From assembly GCA_964348935.1 (NCBI GenBank), contig CAYGEJ010000006.1, positions 1 through 63,296 on the forward strand: a stretch of 63,296 nt of DNA, in the 5' to 3' direction. The DNA is from an uncultured Candidatus Saccharibacteria bacterium (GTDB lineage: Bacteria > Patescibacteriota > Doudnabacteria > UBA920). A program made the position numbers and the translations under genes. Positions within the stretch are counted from its first letter, which is position 1; every line of letters begins with the position of its first letter. This document shows, piece after piece, positions 19,484-28,501 of this stretch. The notes under the pieces are model-generated. The model made no database searches. It saw only the letters and a program-made list of their open reading frames with translations, and was not told where the DNA came from.

Positions 19484-20017
19484 TTAAGGATGAGGGTTTT
19501 TTGGAAGTCGTTCGTAGAGGTCAAGTAAAAGTTTTTCTATGCCTGCTGGGTGAGGAACGTTTGTAAATTCAAAGCGTTCAACCGCACCGGCAGTTTGAAC
19601 AAAAATATCCCCATAATCAAAAAGTGTTCCAAATACGCCGTTGGTGTGACTAGTAACGTCTTCAATGTTTTCAAGATGAAGTTCGGAGACAACGTGGGAG
19701 AATAACCCAACTTGGTCGATATCTACCAGTCTTAGGTTGGTAATAATTTGAATGTTTAGATAGTGAAAAACAAAAATTAAAAACAGGCTTAGAGTTAAAA
19801 ATAAAGTATAAACCTGGGTGAAAAGTAGGGTAATTTGTCCAAAAATACCCTCAAATAGCACTGGTAGATTGTCTTTGGCGAATTTATTAAATAATACTAA
19901 TGCTAAGGCAAAAAACACCCAAACCAGAACCTTTAAAAATAAATGAAACCAGTGTTCCCTGACTACTAGATATATTTTTTCATTTTCAAGCTGACTTGGA
20001 AAAAGTTTATGAGGCAT
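19484..20017 (-). CDS. membrane protein with bacterial PH domain
   Basis: Two TM helices then ITNLRLVDIDQ..IEDVT..FDYGDIFVQTAG. Confidence 0.75.
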   Translation of the reverse strand: MPHKLFPSQLENEKIYLVVREHWFHLFLKVLVWVFFALALVLFNKFAKDNLPVLFEGIFGQITLLFTQVYTLFLTLSLFLIFVFHYLNIQIITNLRLVDIDQVGLFSHVVSELHLENIEDVTSHTNGVFGTLFDYGDIFVQTAGAVERFEFTNVPHPAGIEKLLLDLYERLPKNPHP

Positions 20018-20018
20018 A

Positions 20019-20228
20019 TTAAACAGTAATATTGCTTAAAGTATTATAACTTTCCAGAAGGATTTTTAAAAAAAATACACTATATACTACTGCTATGGTT
20101 ACGGCGAGTGGTGTGGATTTGCCATACCGTATAAGTATATAAACTCCAAAGACAGAAAAAAAACTAATAACTGCCACAAGTGTGTAATAGACTCCGGAAA
20201 TTAATAAATTATTAAAATTTGGGTTCAT
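20019..20228 (-). CDS. small hypothetical two-TM membrane protein
   Basis: Overlaps the ruvB stop (operonic); hydrophobic. Confidence 0.7.
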   Translation of the reverse strand: MNPNFNNLLISGVYYTLVAVISFFSVFGVYILIRYGKSTPLAVTIAVVYSVFFLKILLESYNTLSNITV

Positions 20229-21262
20229 AGAATTTTTTGTTGAGCTGGGGGTTGGTTTATACCTAAGTGTAGATATGCAGTTTCTGTGGCGACTCTCCCT
20301 TTAGGGGTTTTGGCTAAGAGTCCAAGACGGATTAAGAAAGGTTCATGGATATCAGTTATGGTGTCCTCTTCCTCACCTGTTGCTGCGGATAAGGTGTTTA
20401 ATCCAACAGGACCTCCCGCAAATTTAGAAATCAAAACCTCTAAAATTCTACGATCATTCTTATCTAAGCCCAGGGAGTCTATTTCCATTAAATTTAGAGC
20501 TTTTTGGGCAACGTGCAAATTTATTGTATCATGGCCTTTTACCTGAGCAAAATCCCGTACTCGCTTTAGCAAGCGGTTGGAAATTCTTGGTGTGAACCGG
20601 CTACGCTTTGCTAATTCTGTTGAGGCTTCTGTTTCCAGTTTGGCGTTTAGAATTTTACTGCTCCTGGAAATAATTTGTTCCAACTCTTCTGTGTTGTAAT
20701 ATTCTAATCGGTAAGTTGCTCCGAAACGGTCTCGAAGCGGACTGGAGATTAAACCGATTCGGGTAGTGGCACCAATTAAAGTAAATTTGGGTAGGTCCAT
20801 TCGAATACTTCTGGCTCCTGGGCCTTTGCCTAAAATTATATCCAAAACACTGTCTTCCATGGCTGGGTATAAAACTTCTTCCACGGCTTTGTTTAAACGA
20901 TGAATTTCGTCTATAAATAGTACATCACCTTCGCTGAGGTTGGTGAGTAGGCTTGCTAGGTCTCCAGCTCGTTCAATTGCCGGTCCGGAAGTTACTTTAA
21001 TATTACTTCCCATTTCTTTGGCAACAATGAAGGCTAAGGTTGTCTTGCCAAGTCCTGGGGGGCCGTAAAAAAGTAGGTGCTCTAAAGTTTCATTTCGTTT
21101 TTTGGCTGCCCCTAAAACAATCTTCAGGTTTTCCTTAAGTGTTGTTTGCCCAATGTATTCGTCGAGGTTTTCCGGTCTCAAGCTTTGCTCAATAATTACC
21201 TCTTCTGCCTCGGTCACTGGATTGGTTATCAATTCTAGGTCTTCATTATTTGATTGGATCAT
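20225..21262 (-). CDS. ruvB: Holliday junction branch migration ATPase RuvB
   Basis: [36 protein letters not shown]. Confidence 0.97.
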   Translation of the reverse strand: MIQSNNEDLELITNPVTEAEEVIIEQSLRPENLDEYIGQTTLKENLKIVLGAAKKRNETLEHLLFYGPPGLGKTTLAFIVAKEMGSNIKVTSGPAIERAGDLASLLTNLSEGDVLFIDEIHRLNKAVEEVLYPAMEDSVLDIILGKGPGARSIRMDLPKFTLIGATTRIGLISSPLRDRFGATYRLEYYNTEELEQIISRSSKILNAKLETEASTELAKRSRFTPRISNRLLKRVRDFAQVKGHDTINLHVAQKALNLMEIDSLGLDKNDRRILEVLISKFAGGPVGLNTLSAATGEEEDTITDIHEPFLIRLGLLAKTPKGRVATETAYLHLGINQPPAQQKIL

Positions 21263-21275
21263 GGAATTTTTCTAG

Positions 21276-22457
21276 TTATTGAACCGAGGTGGGGCTGGTT
21301 GTGGCTGTCACAAACTGTTCGGTTTTGTGAAATAATGCCGGCGGTTGGTAAGTGGATTTAAAATCTTCGGATTTATTTTCGCCGTTCTTGGTAATTGTTC
21401 TGGTCCAAGTGGCCTTCATGGAGCCATCAGGCTTTCTGTCATATTGTACCGGCTTTTCTAAAGTTACCTGTCTGTTATCTTTGGTGCCATAGAAGTCAAA
21501 GACAAGAGTGTTTTTATCTTTAAAATAAGGCCATACTAATATTGCTCCCGGTGTGTCGTTAATAAATTTTAAATCTATAACACCTGGGTAGATGGTGGCA
21601 TCTGTACCTTGTGGGGCGTAGTATTGGACAGCATAGGCATGGTTTCTTCTTTGGGTAATTGGCAAGCCTGCTTCCATGGCCGCACGGAAAGTAGTGGATG
21701 AAACTTGGCAAAGTCCTCCTCCAAACTCCGGAACAGTGCCAGTTTTTTTAATTACTAACTCGGGTAAAAAACCTTGTTCTGCTTCTACTGGACCGAGAAT
21801 TTTGTTGAAACTGAATTCCGTGTCTTTAGGGATAATTATTCCAGTAAATTTTTTTACACCAATGGCGATATTGTGACGCCTGTTGTTTGGACTACCGGAA
21901 AAACTTGAAATACCGGTGGCAATAAGCTCATTAATGCCTAGGTTGTTAGTTTCAGTAAGGTTTTTTTGGGGAGGGCTGCTATGAATTGAAATCTCTAGGT
22001 TTGTTTTACCCTGGTCTAAACTTGTTAAGGTGTTAAGCGCTGTTTTGTAGAGTTCAATTTTTAAACCTTCCTGTGGGGGAGTGAATTTTGTTACTTGGTT
22101 ATTTTCAATTAATAATTCGGGTTCCACAGTCTGGGTGTCAACTTTTGGCTGTAGTGTTTGTAGGAATTTGTAAATGCTACTAATTTTATAGTTATAATTT
22201 TTTGACGGATTGGTTTTTGGTTGTTGACCAGTATAACGTAGTAAACTGGATTTTAAAGATTCCGGCGCTGGTTTTAAGATTTTGCTGGTTGTTAAAATTT
22301 GTTGCCCTTTCCAGGTCTGTAGGGTTTCGCTGGTAACTTCAAACTTTTGTTCTTTATATGTAAAATTGAAACCAGTCTCCGAAGCCATGGCCGAGGAGTT
22401 GATTGCAAAAAATATAAGACTTGTAGCAAAAAAAGTTTTAAAGAGTTTGTTTTTCAT
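21276..22457 (-). CDS. VanW-family protein
   Basis: FSFNKILGP, FGGGLCQVSSTTFRAA, RRNHAY, GTDATIY. Confidence 0.88.
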   Translation of the reverse strand: MKNKLFKTFFATSLIFFAINSSAMASETGFNFTYKEQKFEVTSETLQTWKGQQILTTSKILKPAPESLKSSLLRYTGQQPKTNPSKNYNYKISSIYKFLQTLQPKVDTQTVEPELLIENNQVTKFTPPQEGLKIELYKTALNTLTSLDQGKTNLEISIHSSPPQKNLTETNNLGINELIATGISSFSGSPNNRRHNIAIGVKKFTGIIIPKDTEFSFNKILGPVEAEQGFLPELVIKKTGTVPEFGGGLCQVSSTTFRAAMEAGLPITQRRNHAYAVQYYAPQGTDATIYPGVIDLKFINDTPGAILVWPYFKDKNTLVFDFYGTKDNRQVTLEKPVQYDRKPDGSMKATWTRTITKNGENKSEDFKSTYQPPALFHKTEQFVTATTSPTSVQ

Positions 22458-22461
22458 ATCA

Positions 22462-22851
22462 TTAAAAATTTATCCAGTTGGTATTTTTTGGGAGTTTGGT
22501 TTTGTATTTTTCCGCCCATTCTATAAAAACGACTGCTTGCGGTTTGCCTAGGAACTCCTCAATGCCTAAGGCTTGAATTTCTTTTTTGGTTTTGGTTCTA
22601 TACAAGTCTAAATGGTATAAGTATTTACGATTACCAGCTATGTTACAAGCAAACCTGTTAATAATCGCAAAAGTGGGGCTGGTTATTTGGGTTTTGATTT
22701 TAAGGGCTTTGCCAACCGCTTTGACAAAGGTAGTCTTACCGCTTCCAAGCGGACCACTCAGTCCAAAAACTTCACCACCCTTTAGGGTCTTTGCCAGATT
22801 TCTAGCTAATTCCGGAATGTTTTTTAGGTTAGTTTTTAGAGAGTTACTCAT
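22462..22851 (-). CDS. tsaE: t6A biosynthesis ATPase TsaE
   Basis: LSGPLGSGKTTF, ITSPTF, HLDLYR, FIEWAE. Confidence 0.93.
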   Translation of the reverse strand: MSNSLKTNLKNIPELARNLAKTLKGGEVFGLSGPLGSGKTTFVKAVGKALKIKTQITSPTFAIINRFACNIAGNRKYLYHLDLYRTKTKKEIQALGIEEFLGKPQAVVFIEWAEKYKTKLPKNTNWINF

Positions 22852-23026
22852 AGGTTATTTTAACCATATTAAACTTAGAAATCAATATAATTTACAGATT
22901 TAGAATTGTTCGACTCTGTTATTTTATGGGTATTGCTGACAAAATGCAATTTAAGCAGGAAAGGTTGACCATTTTGCCAAATTTGGATATACTTATAAAT
23001 CTACTTTTGAAAAAATCTATAAATTT

Positions 23027-24175
23027 ATGGAACTTACACCCGAACAACAAATATTTGAACAAATTAAGAAGAGTTCAAAGGTATTAATTTTTTTACCCGA
23101 GTCTGTAAATGCTGATAGTTTGGCTAGTTCGTTGGCGCTTCGCGCTTTTTTATTAAAATTACAAAAGGACGTTACAGTGGTGGGTGGTGGAAAAATTCCC
23201 GATAATTTAAAATTTCTACCCGATATTGGCGAGGTTAAATCTTCTTTGGTTTTGGGTAGGAGTTTCGTAATTACCGTCGATGCTTCTCATAAAAAAGTCG
23301 ATGAGATTAGTTATCATACTACCGCAGACAAAGTGCATATTTACTTAAAATCACAAGGATTGGAGTTTACCCGTGAGGATTTGAGTTTTGCCACCGAAGG
23401 CTTTCCAGCTGATTTGATATTTACTCTGGATTGTAAATCTTTAGATTCTTTAGGTGTGGTTTATGAACAACAGGCGGACCTGCTTTACGAAACTCCAAAA
23501 ATTAACATTGATAACAAGTCGGAGAATGAATATTTTGGAGCTATAAATTTGGTGGATGTAACAGCGAGTTCTGTTGCGGAAATTTTATCTGAACTTTTTC
23601 AAAAATACGAACAGCAGTTAATAGATGCAGACGTTGCCACTTGTTTGCTAACCGGAATTATTTCTAAAACCAATAGCTTTCAACACGCTCAGACCACACC
23701 AAAAGCGTTTATGAAAGCCAGTGAATTAGTTGCCCTAGGTGGGCGTCAACAAGAAGTGGTTAAAAATATTTTTAAAACTAAATCTTTGCCCCTGCTGAAG
23801 CTTTGGGGTCGAGCTTTGGCAAGAATGAAAATAATGGAAGAGCATAAAACCATTTATTCTATATTAAATAGTGTGGATTTTGAAAAAGCCGAAAGCGGTG
23901 AAACTGAAATATTGCCGGTGTTAAAAGAATTTTTGGACAGTATAAGCGGGTATAAAATAGTCGGGTTATTAACTGAGAGCGCTAAAGGAAACCTAGCGGT
24001 GACCGTTGCTATTCATGAGCAGGTGCAGGTAGAAAAATTTTCTCAAATTTTCTCTGGTGGAAAATTTTTAGAATTCAACTTGGGTCGTTATAAAGTTTTT
24101 ACCCTTGCAGACAAAGATGGTAGTTTGGAATTTTTAGAAAATAAATTTTTAGAAGTTTTGAATTCTTTAGTCTAG
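23027..24175 (+). CDS. DHH-family phosphoesterase-like protein, degenerate active site
   Basis: DHH/NrnA-like layout (NADSLASSLAL, INIDNK, ASSVAEI, TCLLTGIISKTNSF) but DHH replaced by DNK. Confidence 0.75.
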   Translation: MELTPEQQIFEQIKKSSKVLIFLPESVNADSLASSLALRAFLLKLQKDVTVVGGGKIPDNLKFLPDIGEVKSSLVLGRSFVITVDASHKKVDEISYHTTADKVHIYLKSQGLEFTREDLSFATEGFPADLIFTLDCKSLDSLGVVYEQQADLLYETPKINIDNKSENEYFGAINLVDVTASSVAEILSELFQKYEQQLIDADVATCLLTGIISKTNSFQHAQTTPKAFMKASELVALGGRQQEVVKNIFKTKSLPLLKLWGRALARMKIMEEHKTIYSILNSVDFEKAESGETEILPVLKEFLDSISGYKIVGLLTESAKGNLAVTVAIHEQVQVEKFSQIFSGGKFLEFNLGRYKVFTLADKDGSLEFLENKFLEVLNSLV

Positions 24176-24291
24176 CTTTTGAATTTGTAAATCCACCCTA
24201 AAGTCTGAGGGGTGGTTTTGTATTTTTATCAGCGAGTTGATATAATAAATTCATAAAGTTCGTCTAAGAAATAAAAATAAATTTTTATAAA

Positions 24292-25944
24292 ATGTCCGGA
24301 AAATTTTTATCAAGTACTCCACAAGAACTGCAATCCTCTCTCGATGAAATTAACCGCAAAATGCAGGAAGAGGAAACTCAGGCTAAGGCTGGGTCTTTGG
24401 GCTTGCCTTATATAGACTTGCATAATTTTCCCGTAGATTTAAGCGTTTTAGGTATGTTTACTGAAGAAGAGGCGAAAACTGCTGAAGCGGTCCCGTTCTA
24501 TAAAGAGTTAAAAGATTTACGAATTGGCGTGGTTAACCCCACACATCCTTTACTCGAAGAAAAAGTTAAGGAGTTGTCGGTAAAAAATAATGTTAAGTTA
24601 TATGTAATTTCCAAAAGAAGCCTGGCACAAACTTTAAAATTTTATAATAAAGTCGTTCGTCCAAAAGCAGTTACCGAAGAGGTGTTAAGAGTTGAAAAAG
24701 AAGAGAATTTTATTGAGACTTTAAAAATGTTAGGTAATGAATCAGAGCAGAAAAAAAAGAACGCCAGTCAGTTGCTGGAAGTGGTTTTTGGTGCCAGTAT
24801 GTACTACAGGGCTTCGGATATACATATGGAGCCGGAAGATCATTTTTTAAAATTACGCTTCAGGATTGACGGAGTATTACAAGATGTTTTGCATATTAGT
24901 AAGGAGTTGCATAGAAGTTTGGTGACAAGGATTAAAATCCTGTCCAAATTAAAATTAAATGTAGAAAATATTCCGCAGGACGGCAGATTAACTTTTTATT
25001 ATTTGGGTAAGGCTATAGACGTTCGTGTTTCCATTTTGCCGTCGGCATATGGCGAAGAGTTAGTCATGCGTCTATTGGGTGCGGGTGCTACAAATTTGAA
25101 ATTAAAAGATTTAGGGTTAAGCGATCAGGCAAAAGAGGTAGTGGAAAGAGTTTTGCAAAAGCCTAATGGGATGGTAATTACCACTGGTCCAACTGGAAGT
25201 GGAAAGACTACCACGCTATATGCTTTTTTAAATGAACTAAATCAACCCGGGGTAAAAATTATCACTCTTGAAGATCCTGTTGAATATAAGTTGGAAGGTG
25301 TTGTCCAAACCCCAATCGATCATACTGTAGATTTTAGTTTTGCCAAAGGGCTCCGTGCCGTGCTAAGACAAGATCCAGATATTGTCATGGTGGGTGAAAT
25401 TCGTGATGAAGAGACTGCAGAGACTGCAATGCAGGCGGCGCTCACTGGGCACTTAGTATTTTCCACTCTTCATACCAATGACGCTGCTGGTGCTATTCCA
25501 AGGTTGATGAATATGGGGGTCAAGCCTTTTGTGGTGGCTCCTGCGCTTTCGGTGGTAATTGCGCAAAGGTTAGTTAGAAGGCTCTGTCAGGCTTGTAAAG
25601 TTCCAGCCAAATTGTCCCCGACTGTTTTAGAAAAAATTCAAAGCATTCTAAAAAAAGTACCTGAAAATTCCGGGATTCAAATAGCTACGGTTTTAAAATT
25701 TTATCATTCTCCGGGTTGTGATCAGTGCCAACACTTGGGATATCAAGGTAGGGTTGGGGTATATGAAGTATTAGAAAATACTGAGGCTATTCAAGCTTTG
25801 ATATTGGCAGAGAAAAGTTCCATGGCTGAATATAAAAAAGTTGCTTTGAGTCAGGGGATGATTACCATGGTGCAAGATGGGTTAATAAAAGCCCTAGCAG
25901 GAATGACAGATGTAGAAGAGGTGTTTAGGGTGGCTGGGGAATAA
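24292..25944 (+). CDS. type II secretion/type IV pilus assembly ATPase (GspE/PilB)
   Basis: ASDIHMEP, RFRIDGVL, TGPTGSGKTTTLY, LRQDPDIVMVGEIRD, CxxC..CxxC. Confidence 0.93.
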   Translation: MSGKFLSSTPQELQSSLDEINRKMQEEETQAKAGSLGLPYIDLHNFPVDLSVLGMFTEEEAKTAEAVPFYKELKDLRIGVVNPTHPLLEEKVKELSVKNNVKLYVISKRSLAQTLKFYNKVVRPKAVTEEVLRVEKEENFIETLKMLGNESEQKKKNASQLLEVVFGASMYYRASDIHMEPEDHFLKLRFRIDGVLQDVLHISKELHRSLVTRIKILSKLKLNVENIPQDGRLTFYYLGKAIDVRVSILPSAYGEELVMRLLGAGATNLKLKDLGLSDQAKEVVERVLQKPNGMVITTGPTGSGKTTTLYAFLNELNQPGVKIITLEDPVEYKLEGVVQTPIDHTVDFSFAKGLRAVLRQDPDIVMVGEIRDEETAETAMQAALTGHLVFSTLHTNDAAGAIPRLMNMGVKPFVVAPALSVVIAQRLVRRLCQACKVPAKLSPTVLEKIQSILKKVPENSGIQIATVLKFYHSPGCDQCQHLGYQGRVGVYEVLENTEAIQALILAEKSSMAEYKKVALSQGMITMVQDGLIKALAGMTDVEEVFRVAGE

Positions 25945-25952
25945 CTGTTAAG

Positions 25953-25980
25953 GTTGTAGGTGTTAGGTTATAGGTTTTAG
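25953..25980. repeat. degenerate heptamer tandem repeat (one of several in the window)
   Basis: GTTGTAG GTGTTAG GTTATAG GTTTTAG. Confidence 0.7.
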
Positions 25981-26025
25981 ATAAAATGAAATCCTCTTAT
26001 ATAAGGGGATTTTTTGTATTTAGAC

Positions 26026-26054
26026 TTGACAAAAGGTCTAAAAAAGCGTATAAT
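26026..26054 (+). promoter_or_regulatory. consensus sigma70 promoter
   Basis: TTGACA-17-TATAAT. Confidence 0.85.
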
Positions 26055-26060
26055 TATTAG

Positions 26061-26266
26061 TTAATATAGGCCTTTTGTGCCTGTATTATTTTATGCACAT
26101 TTCATAGTCTGTAGGAGGACTTATATTTACAGAGAGTTAGTTATTATACTTCCTTGGAAATTTGGCCGTGTTGTGGTTATCTATAAATATGGCCGGTTTT
26201 CCCAGGAAGTATATGGGAAAGTTGTTTAAATCCTCCGGTTAACCCGGCAAAGAAAGGAGTAAGGTT
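26061..26266 (+). promoter_or_regulatory. long structured 5' leader
   Basis: Helices TCTGTA/TACAGA (26108-26133) and TATACTTCCT/AGGAAGTATA (26145-26213, with further inner pairing). Confidence 0.55.
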
Positions 26267-27283
26267 ATGAAAACCCTACCCTCCGTTCTCTTCACGCTGA
26301 CTTTTGCTGTCAGCTCTCTTTTGGTCCAGGTCTTGACTCCTGTGCCCGCTCTTCCGTCTTTTCCCGTGCCGTCGACGTCGACGCAGGCCTGTGGGCCGAT
26401 TATCGATGTGGTGGTTGGTTCCTCCGGGCTCCTGCTTAACACTTGTGATGTAGGCGGGGTTGCATCTGCCCGTTTTAACGGAAGTTTTCGAGGCGGTTAT
26501 GTGGATGCGGTCATACGAAACACAGGCGGTGATGTGGTAGTTCTGATGAATGACGGCCGTATCATAAAGAGCCTTAACGGTGTGGTAAGGGAATGGGAGG
26601 TGGCACAAGCCTCTGCGATCATTTCTGCTACCGGCGACACAGTTACAACAGTGCGACAAAACGCATTCTCCCAAACTGAGTATCGTTTGTACGAAGATGG
26701 AGGCGTTTATTCGCGCAAAATTATGGGCGACGGCGTGTTTCCTTTTACTTGCACTCAGACTTTTGAGGTTAAGGGAGATAAGTATTGTCTTGATCGCAAC
26801 AATGCAAGGATATACCGTGCGTCGGCAGGCTTCTTGTCTTCTGCGAGACCGGCAAACGCGACGCCATACCTTGAACTTGAAGGGCTTGTGTTTGCTAGGC
26901 CATACAAAGAAGGCTTCCTTCTTTTGGTCAGGCCACTATCGGTGTGCCCAGATGAAGCGACAAAGGTTCCCGACTCTGCAGTGTTTTGCTATTTTGCAGG
27001 ACAATGTAAGGAGGCGACTCCTTCACAGCTTCTTTATGTTTCCGGCGCCAAGCCGAACGTTCAGGTGCTGGTCACGGGCTTAAAGGTGGTGTTTTCTTCT
27101 ACATTCACTGTCGCCGGCGACAATGTTTATGTGGTGGAAACTGATTGGGATAAGAATGAGGAGTTTCAGGGTGACTATGTCACCAAGTTGAATCTGTTAA
27201 CGGGGAAGAAAAACTCCTTCCTTTCCCGCGAAGAACTTTCCCGACAGTACGGAGTGGAGTCCCCGTCTATTTGGATCAACTAA
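26267..27283 (+). CDS. orphan secreted beta-rich protein (possibly beta-propeller), GC-rich
   Basis: SD AAGGAG 26254-26259; signal-peptide-like N-terminus; Pro/Ser/Thr linker; short beta strands. Confidence 0.75.
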   Translation: MKTLPSVLFTLTFAVSSLLVQVLTPVPALPSFPVPSTSTQACGPIIDVVVGSSGLLLNTCDVGGVASARFNGSFRGGYVDAVIRNTGGDVVVLMNDGRIIKSLNGVVREWEVAQASAIISATGDTVTTVRQNAFSQTEYRLYEDGGVYSRKIMGDGVFPFTCTQTFEVKGDKYCLDRNNARIYRASAGFLSSARPANATPYLELEGLVFARPYKEGFLLLVRPLSVCPDEATKVPDSAVFCYFAGQCKEATPSQLLYVSGAKPNVQVLVTGLKVVFSSTFTVAGDNVYVVETDWDKNEEFQGDYVTKLNLLTGKKNSFLSREELSRQYGVESPSIWIN

Positions 27284-27322
27284 CTCTCACAAGTTCCAGC
27301 ACTCCCGCGCTGGATGCACGCG

Positions 27323-27376
27323 CCGCGAGTACAATCTTTTCCCTTACCGGGGAACTGGTTGTGCTCGCGGTTTTTT
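27323..27376 (+). terminator. intrinsic terminator
   Basis: CCGCGAGTACAA...TTGTGCTCGCGG followed by a T-run. Confidence 0.75.
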
Positions 27377-27601
27377 ATTTGATAAAGTATTTTATTTTTT
27401 TAAATTTATCCTTGCAATTTTTCGTTAGATGTGCTATAATATATTTACAAGTTAAATATTTGATGCCAAAATTAGCATTAAATACAAATTTGAAACAAAA
27501 ATAAAAATTAATATCTACAAAATTACAAAAATCTTTTTTGATTTTGTATTTGTAGAAGAAAATTTCTCATTAAAACAAAATAATTTAATGAGAGGAAAAA
27601 A

Positions 27602-28399
27602 ATGAATCCACACGTGTATTCAAGGAGAAAACGGGTCGCGGTTGACCCTGAGCCTCCAGTGCCTACACCTTCAGGGTCGCTCCTAAAGGATATAGTGCAC
27701 GCAAAATTAAGCACTGCTGTTGCCTTTGCATTTGTTCTATTTGCGGCCGGATCAGTTGCAAGTATGACAGCTGTTGCTTATACAGAAATCGCTAGCTTTG
27801 ATGAAGTTAGCAATGTTCAAGTTGTAATGACTCATAGTAGAGCCCAGGTTTTGGGGGAAGCGGTAACAATTGAGCCGGTTGTCACAGTTGACGATGAATC
27901 TTTGGAAGTTATTAATCCGGCTGTAAAAATTGAAGCTAAGTCAGTCAGTTTTAATTCCAACGGAAGATGGAATTATAAAATTGGCTATAAAACTAAGAAT
28001 TTCAGCGGATCCGGAAAAATTACAATCGGCACTCATGTTGTCACCGACACAGTGAGTGTGGTTGGTTCAGTAGAGACTGGCGCGATATTGAAACCTGGTA
28101 TGGTTTATCAAGTTTCTTTTTGGGGAATTGATAGTAGCGGGGTCTTACAGAGACTGCAAAGTATTGAGTTTAAAACAGCAAAGGCTAAAAGTAAGAAGGT
28201 CTCGTGTGAAAACGACTTAGAGAAGTGCCCATTAATTAAAGGGCTTGGTGATGATCAAAAGTGTACAGAAGGCAAAGAATGTCGAAGAATAATTCTTCCA
28301 TGTTCAACGACTTCGGGAGTTCCTTGTTTGTCAAAGCCTTGTCCGCCTGGGCAACAGTGTCTTCCACAGGCTACCGGCACACCCTTGCGAACTGAGTAA
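27602..28399 (+). CDS. hypothetical membrane-anchored protein with Cys-rich C-terminus
   Basis: Single TM near the N-terminus; 8 Cys in the last ~65 aa; promoter TTGCAA-17-TATAAT upstream. Confidence 0.75.
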   Translation: MNPHVYSRRKRVAVDPEPPVPTPSGSLLKDIVHAKLSTAVAFAFVLFAAGSVASMTAVAYTEIASFDEVSNVQVVMTHSRAQVLGEAVTIEPVVTVDDESLEVINPAVKIEAKSVSFNSNGRWNYKIGYKTKNFSGSGKITIGTHVVTDTVSVVGSVETGAILKPGMVYQVSFWGIDSSGVLQRLQSIEFKTAKAKSKKVSCENDLEKCPLIKGLGDDQKCTEGKECRRIILPCSTTSGVPCLSKPCPPGQQCLPQATGTPLRTE

Positions 28400-28501
28400 G
28401 AATTTTAAATAACAAACCTCCAGAAAACTAACCCTCCCCGTTGTGAAATGGTTGAGGGTTTTTTGTTGGTTTAGAAACAGGAAATCGTCTATAATTATGT
28501 T

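Noticed and set aside
26239-27083. Overlapping ORFs 26239-26442, 26276-26674, 26697-27083, and similar ones at 35048-36943
   Set aside because: Shadow frames expected in GC-richer genes; no SD or promoter, and implausible sequences.
27284-27380. Integron attC site after the orphan gene
   Set aside because: No RYYYAAC/GTTRRRY boundaries and no integrase; the hairpins are explained as a terminator.
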